A stretch of 64,000 bases of DNA from an uncultured delta proteobacterium (GTDB taxonomy: Bacteria > Desulfobacterota > Binatia > Binatales > Binataceae), in NCBI GenBank assembly GCA_963724765.1, contig CAVRVY010000004.1, positions 128,001 to 192,000 of the forward strand. Direction: 5' to 3'. Below, piece by piece: positions 56,186 through 63,336 of the stretch (positions are counted from its first letter, which is position 1; every line of letters starts with the position of its first letter). The position numbers and the translations under genes are program-made. The notes under the pieces were generated by a model. That model worked only from the letters and a program-made list of their open reading frames with translations. It searched no databases and was not told where the DNA came from.

Positions 56186-56692
56186 TCAACGGCCGAAGCG
56201 GCATACATTAGAAATCAGGCGCTGAGAGATGTCCTCGCACGACGTGTAGGTTGAGCCATCATCACAATCAAATCGTAGTTCATCGTTCTCAGCGACCTTG
56301 ATAGCGAGATATCTGGCATCAACGCGCCTATAAGACGCGAGGGGACCGTACAGCCGAGATTCGACAATACTGATGTATCGCCCAGCATTGCTGAATTCTA
56401 CTTCAATTTTTACATAAGGCAGTCGAGCGGTTGCGGTTAATACAAACTTCGTATCGCTGAGCTCTAGAAATGCGCAATGGCATTCTGGGTTCGCCTTAAG
56501 TTCTCGGCGAAGCTTTTCTGAATCGATAGAGATTCGATGCTTCAACGAATCCCAAAAAAGCGGCGCCTTGGCGGCAATAATAGCGGCGTTGTGTAGGCGC
56601 AGCCTGTCTCGAATGATCGCCCGTTCGTCTTGCTCGCGTTGCTGGCTCTTTAGTGTCTCTATCCAGTCGCTCATAGTTCCATCCGCCACCAC
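56186..56692 (-). CDS. Hypothetical cargo protein
   Basis: Intact lower-GC ORF, co-directional with transposase c. Confidence 0.6.
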   Translation of the reverse strand: MVADGTMSDWIETLKSQQREQDERAIIRDRLRLHNAAIIAAKAPLFWDSLKHRISIDSEKLRRELKANPECHCAFLELSDTKFVLTATARLPYVKIEVEFSNAGRYISIVESRLYGPLASYRRVDARYLAIKVAENDELRFDCDDGSTYTSCEDISQRLISNVCRFGR

Positions 56693-56698
56693 GTCTTT

Positions 56699-56854
56699 TC
56701 ATTTAGCCCCTTCCCGAGAACGGAAAAGTGGCTTGATGGCCCGCTTGAATTTCTCAGGGTCGGCGTACGCGAGTTCCTGTCTTAGGCGCTCGTCTTCGGC
56801 GCGCGTTTTCTCTTTCAACCTGCTTGGCTGCTTCGATTTGGTCTTGCGAGGCAC
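56699..56854 (-). CDS. Small basic protein (51 aa) downstream of IS1595-c transposase
   Basis: Hand-translated MPRKTKSKQPSRLKEKTRAEDERLRQELAYADPEKFKRAIKPLFRSREGAK; homologous to 51214-51381. Confidence 0.7.
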   Translation of the reverse strand: MPRKTKSKQPSRLKEKTRAEDERLRQELAYADPEKFKRAIKPLFRSREGAK

Positions 56855-56886
56855 GCTGAAAGCATAGCGCTTTCAAATCGCGCCGG

Positions 56887-57825
56887 CTACTGAGCGCACG
56901 TCGTAATCAAGTCGGCAAACATGTTCTCGTTCTTTCGATTGTTAAAGCGATAGCTGAATTCGTTCAAATAGAAGGGCAGATACTTCTTGCTGACGTTATG
57001 GTAGTTGCCGACGATTCCGCGCTTCAGCAACGCCCAGAACGATTCGATTGAGTTTGTGTGAACGTTGCCGCGCACGTATTCGCCGCGCGCGTGGCTCACG
57101 GCCTGATGCGGCATGCCTGCGCGAACAAACTTATAAGCTGGATTCTCGTCAGTCGCGACGAGCGTAACTTTCTCGTCTGTGGCGCGGCGCACGAATGAAC
57201 CGAGAGTAGGAGCATCCATCGAGCCGATAACGCGGGCCACGACGTTGCCCTTGCGCTCGATAGCCCCGATCACGCCGACCTTCCCGAATCCAACGGCCTC
57301 GCCAAGCCGTTGCGCGCCCTTGGCCTTGCGTACCTGGGCGCTCTTTTTGTTCTTGTGACGATTGCGGTCTTTCCCGCCGATATAAGTCTCGTCAACCTCG
57401 ACTTCGCCGCTCAGTGGACGGTACATATCGCCAGCCATCGCAGCGCGCCAGCGCATGCACATGAACCAGCTTGTGTGATAGTCGTGCGTGGAATTCTCGC
57501 CAAACATCACGCGATGAATCTGAAGCGCACTCATGCCTTTCTTTGAAGTCAGCATCAGATAGCCGACCTTAAACCAAAGATCGAGCGGCTTCTTTGTATT
57601 CTCGAAGATCGTTCCGCTGATGACCGAGAACCGAAAGCCCTGACGCTTGCCGCAATCCTCGTTCTTGCAGACCCAATGAAAGGGCCGCGCCTTGAGCGCG
57701 TAGACCTTTTCCTTGCGATCGCAGCGGGGGCAGCGCACGCCGTCCGGCCAGCGCATTTGAACCAGAAAGCGACGGCATTGCTCGTCGGTTCCAAACTCTC
57801 TATCGAAGTCGCCGATGGTCTGCAT
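56887..57825 (-). CDS. IS1595-family transposase c
   Basis: CPRC..C..C, EVDETYIGG, ATDE, HTNSIESFW, YLNEFSYRFN. Confidence 0.93.
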   Translation of the reverse strand: MQTIGDFDREFGTDEQCRRFLVQMRWPDGVRCPRCDRKEKVYALKARPFHWVCKNEDCGKRQGFRFSVISGTIFENTKKPLDLWFKVGYLMLTSKKGMSALQIHRVMFGENSTHDYHTSWFMCMRWRAAMAGDMYRPLSGEVEVDETYIGGKDRNRHKNKKSAQVRKAKGAQRLGEAVGFGKVGVIGAIERKGNVVARVIGSMDAPTLGSFVRRATDEKVTLVATDENPAYKFVRAGMPHQAVSHARGEYVRGNVHTNSIESFWALLKRGIVGNYHNVSKKYLPFYLNEFSYRFNNRKNENMFADLITTCAQ

Positions 57826-57831
57826 GCTCAA

Positions 57832-57860
57832 AGAATAGCGCTAAACGAGACGAGTGTCAA
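57832..57860 (-). promoter_or_regulatory. sigma70 promoter of transposase c (probably leaderless)
   Basis: TTGACA-17 bp-TATTCT-6 nt-ATG. Confidence 0.7.
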
Positions 57861-57881
57861 CATTCACCTAGTCCCCCCTCA

Positions 57882-57909
57882 AGTTGACATAATATTTCTT
57901 ATGCGAAGC
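57882..57909 (-). other. Chromosomal dif site (XerC/XerD recombination site)
   Basis: Minus strand GCTTCGCATAA-GAAATA-TTATGTCAACT vs E. coli GGTGCGCATAA-TGTATA-TTATGTTAAAT; intergenic; gene strand bias converges here. Confidence 0.85.
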
Positions 57910-58058
57910 CGTACTAATGCAAACCAAAATAAACCGCAGTTAGGCTGGGTGTCAATGCCGCGGCCGCCGACAGACTCCTTCCGGATGCGCTCGTCCGATG
58001 TGCGTCGGTGCGACCTGCTGGCGCGCGCGCTCGCGCGTCTCTATGATTGGGAGCCGTT

Positions 58059-59117
58059 ATGACTTCAAAGCTTCAATTGCGATCGATCATCGTTGCTTTC
58101 GCCGCGCTGCTGGCGCTCACACCTTATGGCAGTGCGGCGCGGGCCGCCTCGGCGAGCGACACTCATGCCAGCTCCAGCGACGGCGCTTCCCAGAGCGTGC
58201 AGGTGCAGATCTTTCTCCAGCGTCATTTCCGCCTGCCCAGCGCCGCCGACGTCGATGTTGGTCCGCCGCAAGCTTCATCGATTCCCGGATTTTCCGTCAG
58301 GATCGTCAAGCTGCATAACGACGCCGGTCAGTCGGCCACCTTCGTCCTGTACACCGACGCCGCCGGCAAGACCGCGATTTTGAGCGACGTCGAAGTCGGC
58401 GCGGCCTCGCCCGGCCCGGCGCACGGCCTGTGGAGCCGCCCACTGCGCCCGGCCAACGAGCCGCCAGGCGCCCCGGCCAAGTCGGTATTGATCACTGACT
58501 CACCCGGCAAAGCGATCGTTGGCACCGAAATGGATTTGACCAAGGATCCATGGGGACGTGTCAACCTTGAGAAGCTGCATCTCGACGACCGCGCCACGCT
58601 TGGGCCCGACGACGCGCCGGTGACGATCCTCGAGTTCGGCGATCTCGAATGCCCCTTCTGCGCGCGCGCCTTCAGTGAGATCGAGACCGTGGTAAACACG
58701 ACCTACAAGGGCAAGGTGCGGCTCATCTTCAAGCACTTTCCCCTGAACATCCATCCGTGGGCGATGCAGGCCGCGATCGCGGCCGAGTGCGTGCGCCGCC
58801 AGAATCCCAAGGCCTTCTGGTCCTTCGTCGGCGACGTCTATCGCGACCAGGGCGCGATCAACCCGCAGAATTTGCGCCAGCACGTCAGCACTTACGTCGA
58901 GAAGCTCGGATTGGATCAGCAGGTGCTCAATGCCTGCATCATGGCGCCGGCGGCCGAAGCCCAGGTTACGCAGGACCGCGACGACGGCACCGCAATCGCG
59001 ATCAATTCCACGCCGACCTTTCTGGTCAACGGAATCGAGTTGGTAGGGTTGCCCTCGGACAAGACCTTCGATTACGTGGTCAACTCCGAAGTGAAGCAGC
59101 ATCAGGCGAGCAAATAG
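58059..59117 (+). CDS. Exported DsbA-family thioredoxin-fold protein
   Basis: GPDDAPVTILEFGDLECPFC, FKHFPL, STPTFLVNG. Confidence 0.88.
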   Translation: MTSKLQLRSIIVAFAALLALTPYGSAARAASASDTHASSSDGASQSVQVQIFLQRHFRLPSAADVDVGPPQASSIPGFSVRIVKLHNDAGQSATFVLYTDAAGKTAILSDVEVGAASPGPAHGLWSRPLRPANEPPGAPAKSVLITDSPGKAIVGTEMDLTKDPWGRVNLEKLHLDDRATLGPDDAPVTILEFGDLECPFCARAFSEIETVVNTTYKGKVRLIFKHFPLNIHPWAMQAAIAAECVRRQNPKAFWSFVGDVYRDQGAINPQNLRQHVSTYVEKLGLDQQVLNACIMAPAAEAQVTQDRDDGTAIAINSTPTFLVNGIELVGLPSDKTFDYVVNSEVKQHQASK

Positions 59118-59165
59118 CAGCTTGAGTCACAAACCCATTGCAGGCTCAGCATGCAACAAGCCGAA

Positions 59166-59197
59166 GTCCCTCGACTCGCGGGCTCGCTCAGGATGAC
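59166..59197. repeat. Right half of the palindromic element
   Basis: GTCCCTCGACTCGC...GCTCAGGATGAC, matching the 3' arm of 44045-44163. Confidence 0.65.
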
Positions 59198-59211
59198 AGG
59201 CAGGAGTAAAC

Positions 59212-59245
59212 CGGCAGAGGGTCGCTCGCGAGCGGCCCTCTGCCG
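59212..59245. terminator. GC hairpin between convergent genes
   Basis: CGGCAGAGGGTCGCTC-GC-GAGCGGCCCTCTGCCG. Confidence 0.6.
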
Positions 59246-59253
59246 AAAGCTCT

Positions 59254-59988
59254 CTAGTGTTTCGCCGGTGCGCTTGCCGGCTTGATGATCTTGACTAATG
59301 GCGGCGAAGGCACGGCCGCAGGCGCAACCCCGAGTTGGGCCAGCGTTTCCATCACGACCGTGCGCTCGGGAGCGTACGGATGCTGCGCCAGGAAATCGCG
59401 GTAGACCGCGATCGCTTCGGCGCGTTTGCCCTGCTTTTGCAGCATCCGCGCCACCCCCATCTCTGCCCTCGCCTGCTCAGGCCCTTCGATCTGTGAGGCC
59501 TGGCGATACGCGTCTTCCGCCTGCTTGTAGTCACCCAGTTCTTCGTAAGTTACCGCAAGGTCGTCGAGCGCCGCGCCGCGGAAGACCGAGGCATCGTCCT
59601 GGGACAGGTAACGCAGTAGCGTGTCGCGCGCCTTGGCGGGCTCTTTTTGCGCCAGGTAAGCGGTGGCCAGGTAAAGGTTTGCCAGCCGTCCGACCGCACG
59701 ATGCGGTTCGGCGGCGGCGAGGCTCGATAGTTCCTTCTCCGCAGTTTCGTACTTGCCACCCTGGAGCTCGCTCAGCGCCTGATCGAAGCGTGCGGAGGCG
59801 GCGCGTCCGCGCCGGACCTGGTAGTAGTAAAGGCCGAGCGCGATTGCGACGATCACGATCAGCGCGGCAGCACCGAGCAGGACCTCGGTCATGTGGAGCT
59901 CGAAGAAGAGCGCGGCGGTTTCAAAGATACTTTGAAACTCGTCGGGCTGCTTGAGCTCTTTGCGGCTTATCTTGTGGCGGGTCGCCAA
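59254..59988 (-). CDS. Membrane-anchored TPR protein (YfgM-like)
   Basis: ISRKELKQPDEF, one TM helix, TPRs. Confidence 0.78.
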   Translation of the reverse strand: MATRHKISRKELKQPDEFQSIFETAALFFELHMTEVLLGAAALIVIVAIALGLYYYQVRRGRAASARFDQALSELQGGKYETAEKELSSLAAAEPHRAVGRLANLYLATAYLAQKEPAKARDTLLRYLSQDDASVFRGAALDDLAVTYEELGDYKQAEDAYRQASQIEGPEQARAEMGVARMLQKQGKRAEAIAVYRDFLAQHPYAPERTVVMETLAQLGVAPAAVPSPPLVKIIKPASAPAKH

Positions 59989-60039
59989 TTGAGTCTGCGG
60001 ACGCGCCCGGTGCGGGGCGCGAGAGTCGTCGCAGCCAAG

Positions 60040-60573
60040 CTACATTTTGTACTTGAAGTCGTCGGGCGACATCCGCTCGAGAATCTCGGACCATTTGTCG
60101 CGCGAGACGCTGGCCAGGTTCTGATCGGCGCCGGACGGCTCGGCAGCCTGTTCATGCAGCTCGCTCGACATCTCGAGCACTTTCTTGGCCACATAGATCG
60201 GCGACTTGGTGCGCAGCGCAATCGCGATCGCGTCCGAGGGTCTCGAGTCGACCTCCATGTCGCGGCCCTCGCGGGTGCGTACCAGGATGCGCGCGAAGTA
60301 GGTGTTCTCGCGCAACTCCGTGACCTCGACCGCCTCGACCGTCGCGCCCAGGTCGCCGAGCACGTTGCGGATGAGATCGTGCGTCATCGGGCGCTGGGGC
60401 CGGATACCCTCGAGCTCGGTCGCCATCGAGGCGGCCTCCAGCGGACCGATCCAGATCGGCAAATTGAGCTTGTTGTCGGGATCCTTGAGCACCACGATAG
60501 GCATCTTGGTGGTGGGGTCGAGCGTCAACCCGCCCACTATCATCAGAATGAAATCTTCTCTGCGCGCAGCCAT
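60040..60573 (-). CDS. Bifunctional nuclease family protein (DUF151)
   Basis: LPIWIG, RPMTHDL, DSRPSDAIAIA. Confidence 0.88.
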   Translation of the reverse strand: MAARREDFILMIVGGLTLDPTTKMPIVVLKDPDNKLNLPIWIGPLEAASMATELEGIRPQRPMTHDLIRNVLGDLGATVEAVEVTELRENTYFARILVRTREGRDMEVDSRPSDAIAIALRTKSPIYVAKKVLEMSSELHEQAAEPSGADQNLASVSRDKWSEILERMSPDDFKYKM

Positions 60574-60782
60574 GATGAATATTTTTGCCCTGCCGCCCCG
60601 CTCTCCGGCAATTCCGCCTTCGCTCTCACGGCGGACGGAATCACCCCCGGCGCGAGCGCCCAAACGCCAGTAATGGCGGTCGTCGCGTCTTGAAATAATT
60701 TTGGACCAAACCCGCGCCGCGGTCAACCTGAGGTTGCGCCACAGCGCGCTGAGATTGCGACACAGCACGCCGAGCGCGGCGT

Positions 60783-62195
60783 TCAGCGCGTAACGAGATG
60801 ATCCACGACGCGGTAAAGCTGGTTGAGATTGCGGCACTCCTCGACCAAATCGCAATGCGGCGCGTAGCGTTCCATCTCGCTATCGCCGAAGCCCCAGGTG
60901 TTGCGGCTCTCTGGGTTGAGCCAGATGATACGGCGGGCACGCTGGCGGATTTCGCGCAGGCACCAGTCGTGCGGCAGATTGTAGTTGTTGCGCGCGTCGC
61001 CCAGCACGATCACCGTGGTGCGCTTGTTGACCGCTCCGATATGGTCGCCCACGAAATTACGAAAGGCGCGGCCGAAATCGGAATGCGCGTAAACGTTGAT
61101 GATATCGCCCTTGAGCGCGATGTCGAGCGCTTCCTTGATGCCGTTGGAGCGGAAGTGCTCGGTAACCTCGCCGATGTCGGAGACGAAGACGAAGCTGCGC
61201 ACCCGCGAATAAAGGTCCTGCAGCGAATAGACGAATTGCAGCATGAAGCGCGAGGCGTTGCGCACCGAGTCCGAAACGTCGCACAGGATGACCACCTGCG
61301 GCTTCTCGCGCCGGCGCTTCTCGAAGCGCAGCTTGAACGGCACTCCGCCATACTCCAGGTTCTGACGCAGCGTGCGCTTGATGTCGAAGCGGCCCTTCTT
61401 GGCATGCTTGCGGCGCACCGCCAGCACGTTCTTGAGGCGCTGCGCCAGGCGCGCCACCGCCTCCTTCATGCGGTCCAGCTCTTCGTCGCTCAGGTAGTAG
61501 AAGCTCTTGTCGGATAGCTGGTTAAGGCGCTGCTCCTCGCGCGCGCGCAGATCGCGCTTCTCGCGCTCCATCCGCACGTAGCGCCGGATGATGTCCTCGA
61601 GCGCCTTCAGCCGGCGGTCGAGATATTTCTCGAGCTGGGCCTTGAGCGCCGCGCCGTAGTCGAGCTTCTGAAGCTGCTCGCGCAGCTCGCGGATCTCCTG
61701 CTCCAGCTTGTCCAGCCCGAGCGCGCGCGCAAGGGCGCGGGCGAAATAGTTCTCTTCGATCGTGCGTTCGACGCCCTGCAGGCGCACGGCGCGGGCGGCC
61801 TCGCGCAGGCGCTTCTCAAGTTGGCCCGAGCGATCCTGCAGCAGCTCACGCGCCAGTTCCGAGAGCTTATCGCCCTGCTCCCTGAGCATCTCCTCGACCT
61901 GGTCGAGGAATTTCTGGAACTCCTGGTCGGACATCGAGAGCGCGTCCTGCACGCCCTGCCCGGCCTGCTTGATTATTTCGCCAAGGCCCGAGAAATAGAC
62001 GTCGAACAGCTCCTCGAAGAGCGGCAGCTCGCTCGCGCGCTTGATCATCGTGGCGCGCAATGCTCCGCGAAACGCGTCGCGCTCGCCCAGGCCGACCATC
62101 CCCGAGGCGGCGAGCGCGTCGAGCGTCTCGGCCAGCGATACGCGGACGCCGTTTTGCCGCAGCAGGTTGGCGAATTCGACCAGCTTGTCTTCCAT
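60783..62195 (-). CDS. VWA-domain protein (CoxE-like)
   Basis: FANLLRQNGVRVS, LCDVSDSV, VLGDARNN, WLNPE. Confidence 0.85.
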   Translation of the reverse strand: MEDKLVEFANLLRQNGVRVSLAETLDALAASGMVGLGERDAFRGALRATMIKRASELPLFEELFDVYFSGLGEIIKQAGQGVQDALSMSDQEFQKFLDQVEEMLREQGDKLSELARELLQDRSGQLEKRLREAARAVRLQGVERTIEENYFARALARALGLDKLEQEIRELREQLQKLDYGAALKAQLEKYLDRRLKALEDIIRRYVRMEREKRDLRAREEQRLNQLSDKSFYYLSDEELDRMKEAVARLAQRLKNVLAVRRKHAKKGRFDIKRTLRQNLEYGGVPFKLRFEKRRREKPQVVILCDVSDSVRNASRFMLQFVYSLQDLYSRVRSFVFVSDIGEVTEHFRSNGIKEALDIALKGDIINVYAHSDFGRAFRNFVGDHIGAVNKRTTVIVLGDARNNYNLPHDWCLREIRQRARRIIWLNPESRNTWGFGDSEMERYAPHCDLVEECRNLNQLYRVVDHLVTR

Positions 62196-62263
62196 GATAA
62201 TCCGCGGCTAACGCGCGATACGCGCGTGCGCCGCCAGTTCAGTCAGATCCCAGTTAGCAGGCC

Positions 62264-63241
62264 CTAGTTGAGTAAATCCTTGTCGCTCGCCGGGCCACCG
62301 GCCGGGCCCGCGTCGGCGCCGCGGCGCGCGCGCGCGCGGCGCACGTATTCTTTGAGTTCCTCCTGCGCCTTGCGCACGTCGCCCTCGTACTTGACGATCG
62401 TGTCGAGCGTCTCGGTGACCAGCTCTTGGTCGAGATTCTGCACGTTGAGCAGAGTAAGCGCTTTGACCCAATCGATGGTCTCGCTGATGCCCGGGCTCTT
62501 CTTCAGATCGAGCTTGCGCAGCGACTGCACCACCGTCACCACTTCGGCGGCAAGCTTGTCGGCGGCCTCGGGCGCCTTGAGCTTGATGATCGCGAGTTCC
62601 TGGTCGCGCTCGGGAAAATCAATATACAGGTGCAGGCAACGGCGCTTGAGCGCGTCGGACATCTCGCGCGCGTTGTTCGAGGTCAGAACCACGAGCGGAA
62701 TCTGGCGCGCCTTGAAGGTCCCGATCTCGGGCACCGTGACCTGGAAATCCGAGAGCAGTTCGAGCAGGAAGGCTTCGAACTCGGCGTCGGCCTTGTCGAT
62801 CTCGTCGATCAAGAGCACCACTGGCTTCTCCGAAGTGATCGCCTTGAGCAGCGGGCGCGGCAGCACGAAGCGCTCGGAGAAGAAAACCTCGTCCTCCTTG
62901 GCGATCCGATCGACGGCGGCGGCCAGGCCCTGCGCACCCGTCAGCACCTCGCTTATCTTGTCCTTTAGAATCTGCGTGTAGAGCAGTTGCTTGGCGTACT
63001 CCCACTCGTACAGCGCCTTGCCCTCGTCGAGCCCCTCATAGCACTGCAAGCGGATGAGTTCGTGGCCGAGCGCGAGCGCCAGTACCTTGGCGAGATCGGT
63101 TTTGCCGACGCCGGCCGGCCCCTCGACCAGGATCGGCTTCTTAAGCGCGGCGGCCAGATACACCACGGTCGCGATCCGGCGGCTGGCGATGTACCTTTGG
63201 CCGGCAAACCGCTCGATTACCTCTTCGATCGACGCAAACAT
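62264..63241 (-). CDS. MoxR-family AAA+ ATPase (CoxD-like)
   Basis: EGPAGVGKT, RLQCYEG, LLIDEIDKAD, SDALKRRC. Confidence 0.9.
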   Translation of the reverse strand: MFASIEEVIERFAGQRYIASRRIATVVYLAAALKKPILVEGPAGVGKTDLAKVLALALGHELIRLQCYEGLDEGKALYEWEYAKQLLYTQILKDKISEVLTGAQGLAAAVDRIAKEDEVFFSERFVLPRPLLKAITSEKPVVLLIDEIDKADAEFEAFLLELLSDFQVTVPEIGTFKARQIPLVVLTSNNAREMSDALKRRCLHLYIDFPERDQELAIIKLKAPEAADKLAAEVVTVVQSLRKLDLKKSPGISETIDWVKALTLLNVQNLDQELVTETLDTIVKYEGDVRKAQEELKEYVRRARARRGADAGPAGGPASDKDLLN

Positions 63242-63336
63242 TCATCCTCCTGGGCGCTGCGGATACCCGCAAAGGCTGCCGCGCAATCCCTCTTCAATAT
63301 CATGAGCCGCTTGGGCATTAAAACCGTCCGCGGCGC

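Larger units (their letters stand above)
55123..57876 (-). mobile_element. IS1595-family transposon (c) with cargo
   Basis: Perfect 23-bp IRs GGGGACTAGGTGAATGTTGACAC; perfect 8-bp duplication CCTCAAGT (55115-55122, 57877-57884). Confidence 0.92.

Noticed and set aside
48621-57876. One composite transposon or prophage spanning the island
   Set aside because: IR pairs and target repeats resolve into three separate IS1595 elements plus one IS3; no phage genes
47954-57909. Recurring GACATAATATTTC as a CRISPR repeat or integron attC array
   Set aside because: Spacing is irregular at kb scale, there is no cas or intI gene and no RYYYAAC/GTTRRRY cores; the 11-6-11 layout fits dif
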